A stretch of DNA of 64,000 nt from Klebsormidium nitens (Eukaryota > Plantae > Klebsormidiophyceae). Of the stretch, positions 21,971-32,900 are shown in pieces (position 1 is the first letter of the stretch; each line of letters opens with the position of its first letter). Under the pieces are notes generated by a model, which was not told the DNA's origin, ran no database searches, and worked only from the letters and a program-made list of their open reading frames with translations. The position numbers and the translations under genes are program-made. The stretch is from the NCBI GenBank assembly GCA_000708835.1, contig DF237107.1:62001-126000 (forward strand), in the 5' to 3' direction.

Positions 21971-24224
21971 ATGGGGAACGTTGACGTGGCGCAGCATAAG
22001 CACTTGAAATCACCTGCATGGGCCTGGAAAGGAGTGGGTCCTGAGAACAGCGCGCCTGCTCAGCTTGCTAACAGTCCAATCGCAAACCTTGCCGCGAGAC
22101 TAGCAGCCATCCGCGTCGGGCAAGCCACCATGCAGGCACCAGTCTCTGCAAAAACTGCTGATGTCAGCGCCTCGCTGGCGAGACAGGCTGGCGACGACAA
22201 CAAGGAGAACGTGGGGGTGTTTGGGAGACAAGGCTGGAGGGAGCTCAGCTTCGAGGAGCGCCTGAAGGGAGCTGCCAAAAGCAAGGCGGAGGTGACGGCA
22301 GCGGCGGTCCAGACTGTGCATGGACTGCAACAGGGCTTGGAGAACCTCAGGAGCAGCCCCGTGAGAAGGGTCAGCATAGACGCCTTACCAATGGCAGCGA
22401 ATGTCGAAGCTGCAGGAGCCAAGGCAGGTAGCACTTTGCAAGAAAGGTTGAGCGTTGGAGAGAGGTGTGGGAGTCAGGGTGCAAGCGCAGAGACGGAAGC
22501 AAAGGGACGGTGGACACGCATGTGGACGCAGCTTCCGGAAGAAGGGCAGCTCGCTGATGTTAGCAGAGGGAATGCGGTGGATTTGGGTGCTGGAGGCCAG
22601 GAGAAGGGGTTGGGAAAAGCTACTGCTGTGGGCAAAGGTCAGAAATCACTGGAGGTTCTGTCAACGTGAAAGTAGCGATGTTGACTAAGCTCCTGAAACA
22701 TGTCTGCAAAGAGTATCGTATTCTTTTGACGCATGTCTGGCCACAAATCTCTGTCTGACACTTTCTTGCTGTCCTGAAAAGCTTCTTCGGACAGCTTTCA
22801 GCTAATGCAGTAGACAGCTTTGATTCTGCAACTGAGGACACTACATGCGACTCGGGAAGTCCACCTGGGGAATTCGATCCTTGCGCACAAGATAGCCCCC
22901 ATCAAACGCCGGCCTGTATGTAAAGTCTCACTGCCCTGTACATTTGAAAAGTCCCCTTCCAATCTTCTTCTGCCTCATGACACTGAACACTTGACATTCC
23001 TATGCGCAGGTGTTGCTTCGGAGGTTCGAGAGGCGTCTCTCCACATGGATTGCACAGCCCTCGGTGCCGACATCGCACAGCTTCCGAGCCAGGTGGACGC
23101 AACGTCATACCTGCTCGGCGAGCGTGCGGCGCTCGAGCGCGCTTTCCAGCAGGTCGTTCCGCACAGAGACCAGGTCACAACGCTGCATGGGGTGGTGGCG
23201 CAACTGCAAAGGTGGGGCCATGCACCACTGGAAAAGTGTGGTTGGAACGAGGCTGTCATGAGTAAAGAGGACAACTATGTGAATGCGGCGGCTGAGAGCT
23301 CCTCGATAAGGGCTGATATTGGGTACCGTGTGTCTGGGCAAATAGACTGCCTGATGCAAGGTGTTGTGGTAAAACATGGTTGCCAAAGTTCCCTCTTACA
23401 TCTGACTCATCACCTTCGAAACGGTTGTCTGAGCCCTTGTGAAACTGATGCGGGTGCATGTATTCGTGTTATGATAGTGCCAAATCTCTCCATTTTTGGT
23501 TATTCACTCAGTTCACCGCAGCACAAATTCTTGGACAAAGCATATGGCGCTCAAACGCTTGCCAGAAAGCGACGCTGTTCCTTAGAAATTGCTCCGTGCG
23601 CGCAGTGTGACCCAGCAAGAGAGCAGCCGGCTACGGCGCCTCGAGAATGCCGGTGGCGTGCTTCATCTGTCCATGTCGACCGCAACCGAGCGGCTTGAAA
23701 GGATTGAGCAGGTAAGCCGTCATGAGGGTCCCTCCAGACGCTGGAAAGAAGGTGCACATGTTTACATTCGGTTTGCTCCTTCAATTGAAAAGATTCATAA
23801 GAGATGTTGCTCGGACGGACCAGCTTCATGTTTGGTTGGCCGGTCAATCATCACTCTTTTTTGTGGCACAGTTTCTACTCTAGAACCCACTTTGAGAAGT
23901 CGCACGCTACTTCTTTCACACTTGCCCCAATCAATGCGATACAAATCTCTCTGATTGTAAACCTCAAGAGGTCAGCTTTATTCAGCTTGCTTGCAACCTC
24001 AATCCGGGTGTAGTGGAACTGAACCCAGTTTCGAAACGCCCCCCCTGCTGCAGACTGTCCCTGCCCTGGAGATATCTCTCGCTGAGCTGCGGGGACACTT
24101 AGAGGGTATGGCATACATGTCTGCGGAGCTGACTGCCGTGCGAGCGTCTCTAGCCGCCCTCCAGGCGAACCAGGAGCACATCAAGGAGCGGCTGAGCTAC
24201 TCGAGCAGTACCTTCTTCAAGTGA
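21971..24224 (+). CDS. Hypothetical protein with low-complexity N-terminus and coiled-coil-like C-terminus
   Basis: Exons 21971-22637, 23010-23211, 23606-23711, 24054-24224 join in consistent phases (1, 2, 0) with GT-AG ends. Heptad-like LEISLAELRGHLEG..LAALQANQEHIKERL. No family recognised. Confidence 0.65.
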
Positions 24225-24668
24225 GGCCACTGCCGTTCTGCATTCTGTATACCTTTTGGGGCCCGTTTCGACAACTGGTAATCTTGATACTCTTTCAACT
24301 TTCTCGGTGGGCTCTGAGTCACTTCATGACTCCTCTCTGAGACGATGAGCGGGTATTTTAGGAGACAATCCGCAGCATACTTCCGACGATGTGGCTTGGG
24401 AGAGGTTGGTTTCAGATGCTCAATAGGCGTGTTCAAGAGCTAGAAAATTCAACTCGGTCCCTGAAGAGTTGGGGTTGAGCTCTTGCCTGTGTCACGGCCA
24501 GAACCCTGACAAGACTTTGAAATAAGCTTTCCTGTTCTGCTTGCGAGGCTTCAAGATACTGAAGATTGTCACTTTGTCGTGAGACTTTGGGCTTGCAACC
24601 CCGCGGCGTTGTCAAATCAAGCAATTGGCCGGAGACAAAGACGATCGAGAGTGCAGTCACCGTGCGGG

Positions 24669-26439
24669 ATGCTGCTCCAACGTAATGGAGGTTTAGATGC
24701 TAAGGGGCTGGACTCCGTTGTGAGGATGGATGTTCAGATGGAAAATTTTTGCACAAGGTTTCAGTCTGAGGAGAACGGCGATGGAGAACGCCACGGATCC
24801 TTCTGCAGGTTTCTGACGGGGTCGTGGGGGCGCTTGCTGGGCTACTTGGCGCGTGCTGACGTGGCAGCCCTGTACCTTGCACGGAAGATCCTGCTCGACA
24901 CGAGCGGGGAGAAAGAACCCTTGCTACCCATATACGCGTAAGTTGTCGGGTGCATCTTCTTTCAGAGGTGTTGGCGGCAACTCTTGCTACCTAAACAAGC
25001 AAACAGTGTACAGTGTTGACTATAGCCCTTTGACGTAGAATCATCGTATGGGGTTGCGAGGTGGGGAAAGCGTGGAGTTGCGAAATCACCCTTGCTCGCC
25101 TGTCCACTTCAAAAGCATTCATGCTGTGGTCGTCGAACTCTCACTCCGGACGCACCCCTGTTTCGAGCATCCTCCAAGCACCCGTACATCGCTCTTTTGC
25201 CACCGCTAACGTTTGCCTGTCGATGTGCCCCTAGCGGGTTTGCACAATTTCCCACAGCTCCGGCCTTTTTGAGCGAGTCTCGAAAGAGTGTTGACTGCTG
25301 TAAAGTGCTGGGGGGTCCCGTCTGTAAGCTGTGGGTTATTATTCTCGCCCCGTTCTACTTCGAGGTGACGGCGGGCAGACGTTTGCTAGGCCTCTGATCA
25401 ACAAGATTCGATTCTCATCCATAGTTGGTTCATGATTCTGGATCGCGTTCCATCTTCCTATTGATGGACCGTTCCCATGCCTATTACTCGATTTTACTTC
25501 TACTGTCTGCAGGCCGCCTCCTCCCTCCGCTGACGCCGACTCCAACCTCCATGACGTCAGCAAGTTCGAGTGGTCTGCGGACCACGTGCACGCTCTCGCA
25601 CGTGCCATCTCTCGCCACCGGAAGGTGCGGTCGGCAGCCGGCGCGATCCTGGTCGTTGCAGCGGTGGAGGCCACGTGGCGGCTCCAGAAGGCGGCGAGAA
25701 AGCCGCTCCCACGAGTGCTTCGCTCGATGACGGTTCCGGTACGTTTTGGGGGGACGGATTTCTACCTTATGAGCAGAAGCTCCGAGTTGCAGATATTTGC
25801 TTGTTGACTTTAAAATTGAGTCGGGTACGCGGGGTCCTCTCATTTCGCACGTAGTGTTGGTGAGTGTTGATTGAGTTGATGATTGTTGATCCCCATACAG
25901 GGCTGTAATTTTCTCGAACTGTGAAAAGGTGTCGTTTCTGGAAGGGATCTACACTCTGAAGAGGAAAACTCACCTGAGCTCTGAAAGGGCGGCCTTCGTT
26001 TCGTATATTCGCTTCCAGTTGTGAACGCTTTTCACTCTGATATGGACTCGTGCATGCCGCCGTGCAGCTTGACACGTGTCTCCGTGTTGCCCGCATCTGC
26101 GTATGGGCGTCCGCGTTTGTCGTCGGGGCCGAGGAGCTGAAGAAGGGCTGCTACTCGGCGGCGGACTCGGTCGCCAAGCTGCAGGATAACGTGGCAGAGG
26201 GGATCAAGACACGTGGCACGATCTTAGCGGACGGGCTTGCAGCGCACAGTCTCGTGCTGCGGGACAAGTGGGGTCAGATGTGGAGTCGGCTCGCGCATGT
26301 GGGGGACACGTTGGGATTCGAGGGGGCTGCCGGAAAGAGTGTGAGCGATGGGGATGACGTGGAAGAGGTGTTGATAGCGGATGCGCGCTGTCGGGCAGTT
26401 GGCTATGTGCATGGGGAGAGCTTTCCACCAAGGTGTTGA
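24669..26439 (+). CDS. Hypothetical protein
   Basis: Exons ~24669-24937 (possible in-frame 51-nt intron 24758-24808; start uncertain), 25513-25738, 26068-26439. Phases are consistent (2, 0) and codons are GC-rich. No family recognised. Confidence 0.55.
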
Positions 26440-27495
26440 TGCTATTTCGTTAGGTGGCAAAGTTTGTTTGCTTACAAGATAGAATAGGAATAGAGCTGAG
26501 CTGCAGCGTTCCTCTCGACACGTCTGAATATATGTTGCTATCAAGAAGGTGCAAATTGTTGACTTCGTAATAAAGCTGGCTTCCGTGGTGTATTTCGAAC
26601 ATAAAGCTGATGGGCCGACTTAGACAAAGCATTTACCACGGCTTAGGTCGATGCATAAGAGTGGCCGCAAAGTCACATACTAGGCAGCTTTCGCTGTACT
26701 TTATTTTGCAAGTATCTAAACACATTTGTGCTCGGCAGGGTCCTTATCGATCATGGGTAATAACTGCCTACCTACTTCAAACACAAGGACATATGATTGT
26801 CAAATTGCCGGTATCGCATCGGAGAAGTGAGCTAGACAAGATAATTTTCTCTGACTGTAACTGTTGAAGAGTGGCCCGGCGGGCGTCATGCGTGACATTG
26901 AGCCGGGCCGGGGTGGCACGTCGCGTCTCATATGCTGGCACATGTCAAAACCTCAGTGCATGTGATTGAATTTCGGCCGTTTGTCAATTGTGTTTGAATG
27001 ACATACTATTATATAGGGCTTGACGTCACACAGGCGCTATGATCATGTTGCATCCGATCATGCATTAGATCGTTCAAATCTCGGGTCTAGTGTGCTGACC
27101 CCTAGAGCTCGAATCAGATCGCTATGAAAGAGCATGATGAGATCAGTTCAATATTATATAATGTATCAGGCACGAGTATAAATCGCTCATGAGAAGCTGG
27201 ATGGGAGTCACACGGAACAATGGAGCGCGGACAGCATCCAATCAAGCTCGTCAATGCTCGACAAGTATAAAACATGTCTACAAGTGCTAACGGAACTTAC
27301 ACCAGCAGCCTCGGAAATTTCTGTTGGGAGCCTTAGCTTGACCTGCAATGAATACTGTCAAGATGCCCTTCCACTGCCTAACTTTGGTGTGCTTTACTGA
27401 TCTCATGTACATCTAATTGGCAGGCTACTGGTGTCAGTCTAATATGTACAAGCTTTTAACATCTAAAATGAGCTGGTGCCGTCAATCTAGTAGGT

Positions 27496-28748
27496 TTAAA
27501 ACCAAACACCTTTAGCTCGCAACTCGTCTACTCTAAGTACAAAGTTGGGGAGGAATGGATCCCCACGCAGCTCAGTGGGATTCACAACGAAATCCTCATC
27601 AAATTCCCGTCGGTAAACAAAGACCACATTCTTCTCGGCGTAGAAGATCCACACCAATTCGCAGCTGCAAGAGTACAGTCAGCAGTGATTAAAACGAGCA
27701 AAGAACCCGTGTGTGTCTATCTCGATGTATCAAACCTCTTCAGGGCCTCAGGATCGTGTGAATTCAAAGCAAAAACAAGTGGGAACCCACAGACACGGGA
27801 CAGAGCCCACTTTGAGCGCCCCACATTGCCGGCACTTCAAGTAGTGTGTTGACAGTGGCTTGGGTGTTCCTGTCATGCCTTTTATGAAAGCGTGCCCTTC
27901 CAACGCTCAACCATATGCTGCAAAAACGTTCCAATTGTGGACGTTTTAGGCATGCCTCCAAAGGAGCGTCCCCTTCCTGATGCTCAACCACACAGTCCAC
28001 AACCTTTGTAAAAGGAATGTTCACAAAGACAATAAGACTGATCCACCACTCACCCAGCAATTAGATACTCCTTTGCTTTTGCCCTCGCCTCCTCAAGTGT
28101 CTCTTTACTGGTGGCCACTTCTACACACAACTGCGGACACGCGCGCACGAGCAACCCCCCGATCGGTTTCCCCACCATCTGCAGGTGCCACCGGTTTCTC
28201 CCCGTGAACGCCACCTGGGGGGACCGCTGGGACTTGACCACAGGCAGGAAGAACCCCCCCGGAGGAGTGAAACATCGTCCCCTCTCCGGACTTCTTTCTT
28301 CATTCCAGCTCCTAAGCTGCCGTAGAATCTCCTCTTGAAGAGCCTCTACGTTGGCGCCATCAGCTGGCTTCACCGACACCCTTCCGTTTGCGAGCCTCTC
28401 TATCCGAAGCCGTGGATTGCATTGATGGAAGAGAACCAAGTCATCGTCTGTCCACGTGTAGGCCCGAATCTCCAGCCTTTCTGAGTACGTTTCAAAGAGT
28501 GCAGGCAGGTGGGAGGGAAAGAAGTTTAGGTCTAGAGCGCGGCCGCTGTAAGTTTCCACACGGACTTGGTGGGGCGCTAAGGCAGTTTGCGCAGCGCATT
28601 GACAAACAGAGCTTTGCTTGAACGCTTTTCTTCGAAGCCTAAGGCTGACAAAGAGAGGCCTTGCATGCGGAGCGCCAGTTGATCCTCTCCGTATGGAATG
28701 ATTCTGCCATGAACTCTGCAGTCCTTGCCGAAATGCGACAGAATTCAT
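27496..28748 (-). CDS. Uma2/DUF820 PD-(D/E)xK-fold protein with putative plastid transit peptide
   Basis: Exon 28054-28748 plus exon 27496-27664 (GG|C, phase 2) give ...NPRLRIERLANG..QLRSWNE..GFFLP..RSPQVAF..CPQLCVEVATS..EARAKAKEYLIAG|CELVWIF..VFVYRR..LRGDPFLPNFVL. This is the typical cyanobacterial Uma2 layout. The first 64 aa contain no D or E. Confidence 0.85.
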
Positions 28749-28823
28749 TGAAGGAGCTTGGCAAGACCACTTTAGTTGTGAGAGGTTCCTGGCATCTGCA
28801 GATTGCGCAGTCTGGCCTGAGTT

Positions 28824-28843
28824 NNNNNNNNNNNNNNNNNNNN
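28824..28843. other. Assembly gap (20 N)
   Basis: Run of n characters. Confidence 1.
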
Positions 28844-29945
28844 AGGTTTGAGCTAATACTATTCCTACGGCTTACTATTTCTAAACTGTGCCGTCATCTG
28901 AGTTCGCAATTTGAATGCATGCCAGCCAGGCGTTATGGGACTATAACTTCTAAGGCCGGGGTGGCCGCTGCGCGCGCGCCCGGCCGCGGCGCGGGCCCGC
29001 CTTTGGGGCGGGCGGGCGGCGCGCGCGCTGCGCATCGCCGCTAGAAGGCTCAGTGCAATGCCACGCAAATCAGGGCCAATTCCAATCCCTGAGGCCTTAA
29101 ATCCTTGCTGCATAGGGCATGATAGGCGGCCTCAACTTGTGTCAAGGCTCAGCTCGGCGATCGCTGCAAAGGAATTGTCATGCGCAGCTCAGGCGCCGGG
29201 CGCCACCGATCCTTTGTATAAGGCGCCGCGGAACGCGCCCAAGTATCGTGCTGCAAGCGCAGATTGACCGTCGCCGACCACTTCTATGCATGCAACGTAT
29301 TTGATCGATCATTATCTCAAACGAAAAAGGGGTCACATAATCTGCCAGGAGATACGGTATGCAGCTCAACGTGAGCCTACTAAACCAGAGTCACTGCGAC
29401 CAGACACATGCTCAATCTCCAACATCAAATTGGCCATGGCTGCAGACACGACACCATGCCATCATACCACATATGATGCAGTGGATGCGATAGAAATAGA
29501 ACTTCAATATATCCGGGTTCCGGAGGACTGGGGTTCCGGGCTTGTGCCCGGATGAAATATGTGCAGCTTGTTGATTTAATATGCTCGATCGAGCCTGACA
29601 CAACATTGGTAGACATGAGGCGTTATCTAACTATCCCACGGTTGCTTCCACAATTCGTGTCAACTTTGAACGATCTTGTAAAGACAAGTGCACATGGCTC
29701 ATCTTACTAAGGACAACTGATGCTCAAATGACCCTTTCCAAGTGCTCGGTCAAATACCAATATGCAAGACAAGCCACTCAGGTCATCTTACCTTTGAGCA
29801 AGTAGGGAGGCCACAGGACTGATTTTCATTGCCGGCAAAGCTTACAGAAACTTCAATGCACACGGTTCACTAGTCTGCCTGAGTAGGACGATTCAATCTG
29901 GAAAATGGTGCCCTCATGTTCAGAACATCGACTGCTGGCTACAGT

Positions 29946-32900
29946 CTACTTGCCCCAACCGACTGCATCAATCTCGTCCCGAGCGCGCTTCAAGAGATCC
30001 AAACGTTGGCCGGCCGCCTTTCTCCTGCTCATCAAGGTCGGGTCTTCGTCCAAAAGCCGGCCTAGTTCTTTACTCTGCAGGAAGCGACAGAAGCAAGAGA
30101 ATAGTGTCACATCCCTGCATCCTTGGGGAGTAAGAACCTGCCTCCACAAGGTAGAATAAAACATCACTCCTGCTTCATCGCAACGATATGGTGTTTTAGT
30201 GCACCAAGCATAAACGATCATGCATACCAAAGGATGTGAACCCCACAATATCCGGCCAGATCTTCTTTGAGCCCGGTAGAAAGCTTGCTTGATCAATATA
30301 TACATCATAGACAAAATTCATAAGGACGTGGTGGGACATGTCCCACTCCGCGACCAGAAACCCGCGATTGGACTTTCGCAGCCGCTTGCAAAACCACGTG
30401 GGCTTATTCTGCACCTATGGGCAGTCGATGCCCATCGTTTAGATGCCACCGCGAGGCACATGGGGTAGACACTTTTTTAACACATTACAACGAGCCGGTC
30501 CAGCATGACGAAAAGCAGCAAGCACGGCAGCAGAAGAGATCGCTTACATCCCGCCCGCCGACGTTGGTGTAGAAGCCGTCGAGGAGGGAGCGCTTGGCCT
30601 CGCGCACTTGACAGTGGGCCACGGCCTTGGGGATCGAGTTCTTCAGATTGTCGCAGACCATGTTGATGTACGCCGACACGTTCGAGCCTGGAAATCAGGG
30701 ACGGATTGAAGCGTGAGAATTGAATAAGTTGAAGATTTTCGGATGTGGGCTGACTGGAAAGTACACACTGCAGCATTCTAGTGTTGCAGGCATCCGGATA
30801 TTCAGAAGGTCATTGCGTTCTTCTGCAGGAGTCGAAACATCAAACCCGAGTCAAGTAACGGGATTCGAACACATCTCGGGAGAACGAGGGGCATAGTAAG
30901 ATATGGTGCTTAGCGACCTCAAAGCTTGAAAAGTGACCCATCACATCGCTTGCAGAGGCGAAACCGCTTCTGCCAACACAGGTAAAAAGCAGATTGTGCG
31001 GTCTCAGGGACTCTCATAACTGTAAGAAAACAATTTATAAAGCAAGCAATAAGCCTCACGGAGGTCAAACGGAGGTCGATATAACGGGCCGCAAGCTTGT
31101 CTGCTTAGCAAATAAGGCCTGCAAGCGACTTTTTCGTCGTCTCAAAGGGGAAAGATCAATTGACGCGTGGGACTCTCAGCCCCGGTCATGCTTTAGCGGC
31201 ATTCTAAAACAAAACTGCAAATCACGCGGTCCATGCCAAGAGCAAAGCAGAGGGGCACGCTCGACACTGCCGGCACACATCCTGCCAGCAGAGAACTTCT
31301 GAGAGAGACTCGGCCCACACTGTCACTCCGCTTCATTGGCCGCTTCAGAATCAGTAACGAATCTCCACTGGCAGCTCACCAATCGTCCGCAGGGAGTTGT
31401 CGGTGTACCGGTCAATGCCCAGCGCGTTCTTGACCCGAGCCGTGGTCCCCTTGACTTCCGGCTCCGGGGCCGCGGCCTGGACGGGCAGGTTGCGGAAGAA
31501 CTCCACCGTCAAGTAGCTCGCCTGCGAGTAGAAGAACGAGGAGTTTAAAAATGAACATCTGTTTCGAGTGACCGAGACAAGGACATGAAAAACCTTATGC
31601 AAGCGCTTCGCAAGCTTCCGACGGAAGGCACTGTACAGGAATCTCATCATCCAATACACCAATGCTCTATCTAAAGAAGGAGCTCTTAGGTCCTGGACGA
31701 GGTAGACATCCGTTGTAAATCCAATATAGCCTATCCAAGAGAGTCGTTGAAAAGAAGACCCCAAGGAAAGCGCCCCTGTGCGTCCAATAGTCTGGTGGCC
31801 AGCTTCTTGCTGTCGTCCCGGAAAGCCCCGAGCCGAAGTGTAAGGAACAGATTCAGAAGAAACTGTTGTTGAGCAGAAGTTGTCCTGCTCTCTTAATCTC
31901 CTCCAGTGGTTAGGTTGCAAATAGGGGGTAATCAACAAACCCCAAGAGTCAAACAAGTGACACTCTTTAAGTTGTTCGGTTATCTATGTCTCAATCAAAA
32001 CCAACCGAAAAACTGTTCTCACCTCCATGTCCACTAGTCTGGTGGCCAGCTTCTTGCTGTCGTCCCGGAACGCCTCGAGCGCCCGCGTGGCCGCGGCCGC
32101 AATCTCGGCTTGCAGCGTCGGGAAGCGCTTCAGCTCCACCGTCTCGTTGATGGACTGGCGGATCAGGTCGCGCAACACGAAGTGCACCTGAGAAAACAAG
32201 CAAGGCTCGGTACCAGCTGGCCTAAGCGGTCTCTCCTTCCTCATTGGCGGTCCAGGGGACTTTCTCGATTTTCAAAAGATAAGGAAGGTTACAGCTATTG
32301 ACGCCCTTTTGCAGAGCGGTTTTAACAGCTGTTGCTGTTTTTTCGGTGGATTACGGTTCCAAGAGTTCGGAAACGAAGGCCAGTCAATAATTCCGGACCT
32401 CTGGCAGGGGAAGCCATCAGGTCCACTTCATCGAAGCAGAATATCAGCCCTCTGACAGGATAAGCGCACTGCATGCCACCACCGTGCAACAAACGGCGTC
32501 TCCTCAAAAGCTTCGCCACAGCACAATCGACGGATTCATACCCTTCATATGGAGACGTCTAGGACTAACCACCAAAAAAGCACATAGCAGCCTCCTAACA
32601 TCGTCCAGCAGATCAGCCCCCACCTCGTCAAATCTTTCTCGACTACTTAAGCGAGGCTCAACTTGTAACAAGAACCAAGCTAAGACCAAAAAGTGGAACT
32701 TAAGACCTTGCAATCATCATTAATGATTGAGGAGCTAATCACCTCGTCGACGACGGCTTCCGCGGGCCCCCGCAGCAGCACGAGCGCGCTCTCGATGAGG
32801 CGGCGGTACCCCTGCTCGGGCGCGATGAGATGCGGCTGGTAGCCGTCGGCCTCGGCCACGATCTTGCGCACGTTCTGCATCGACAGGTGCTTGTCGAACG

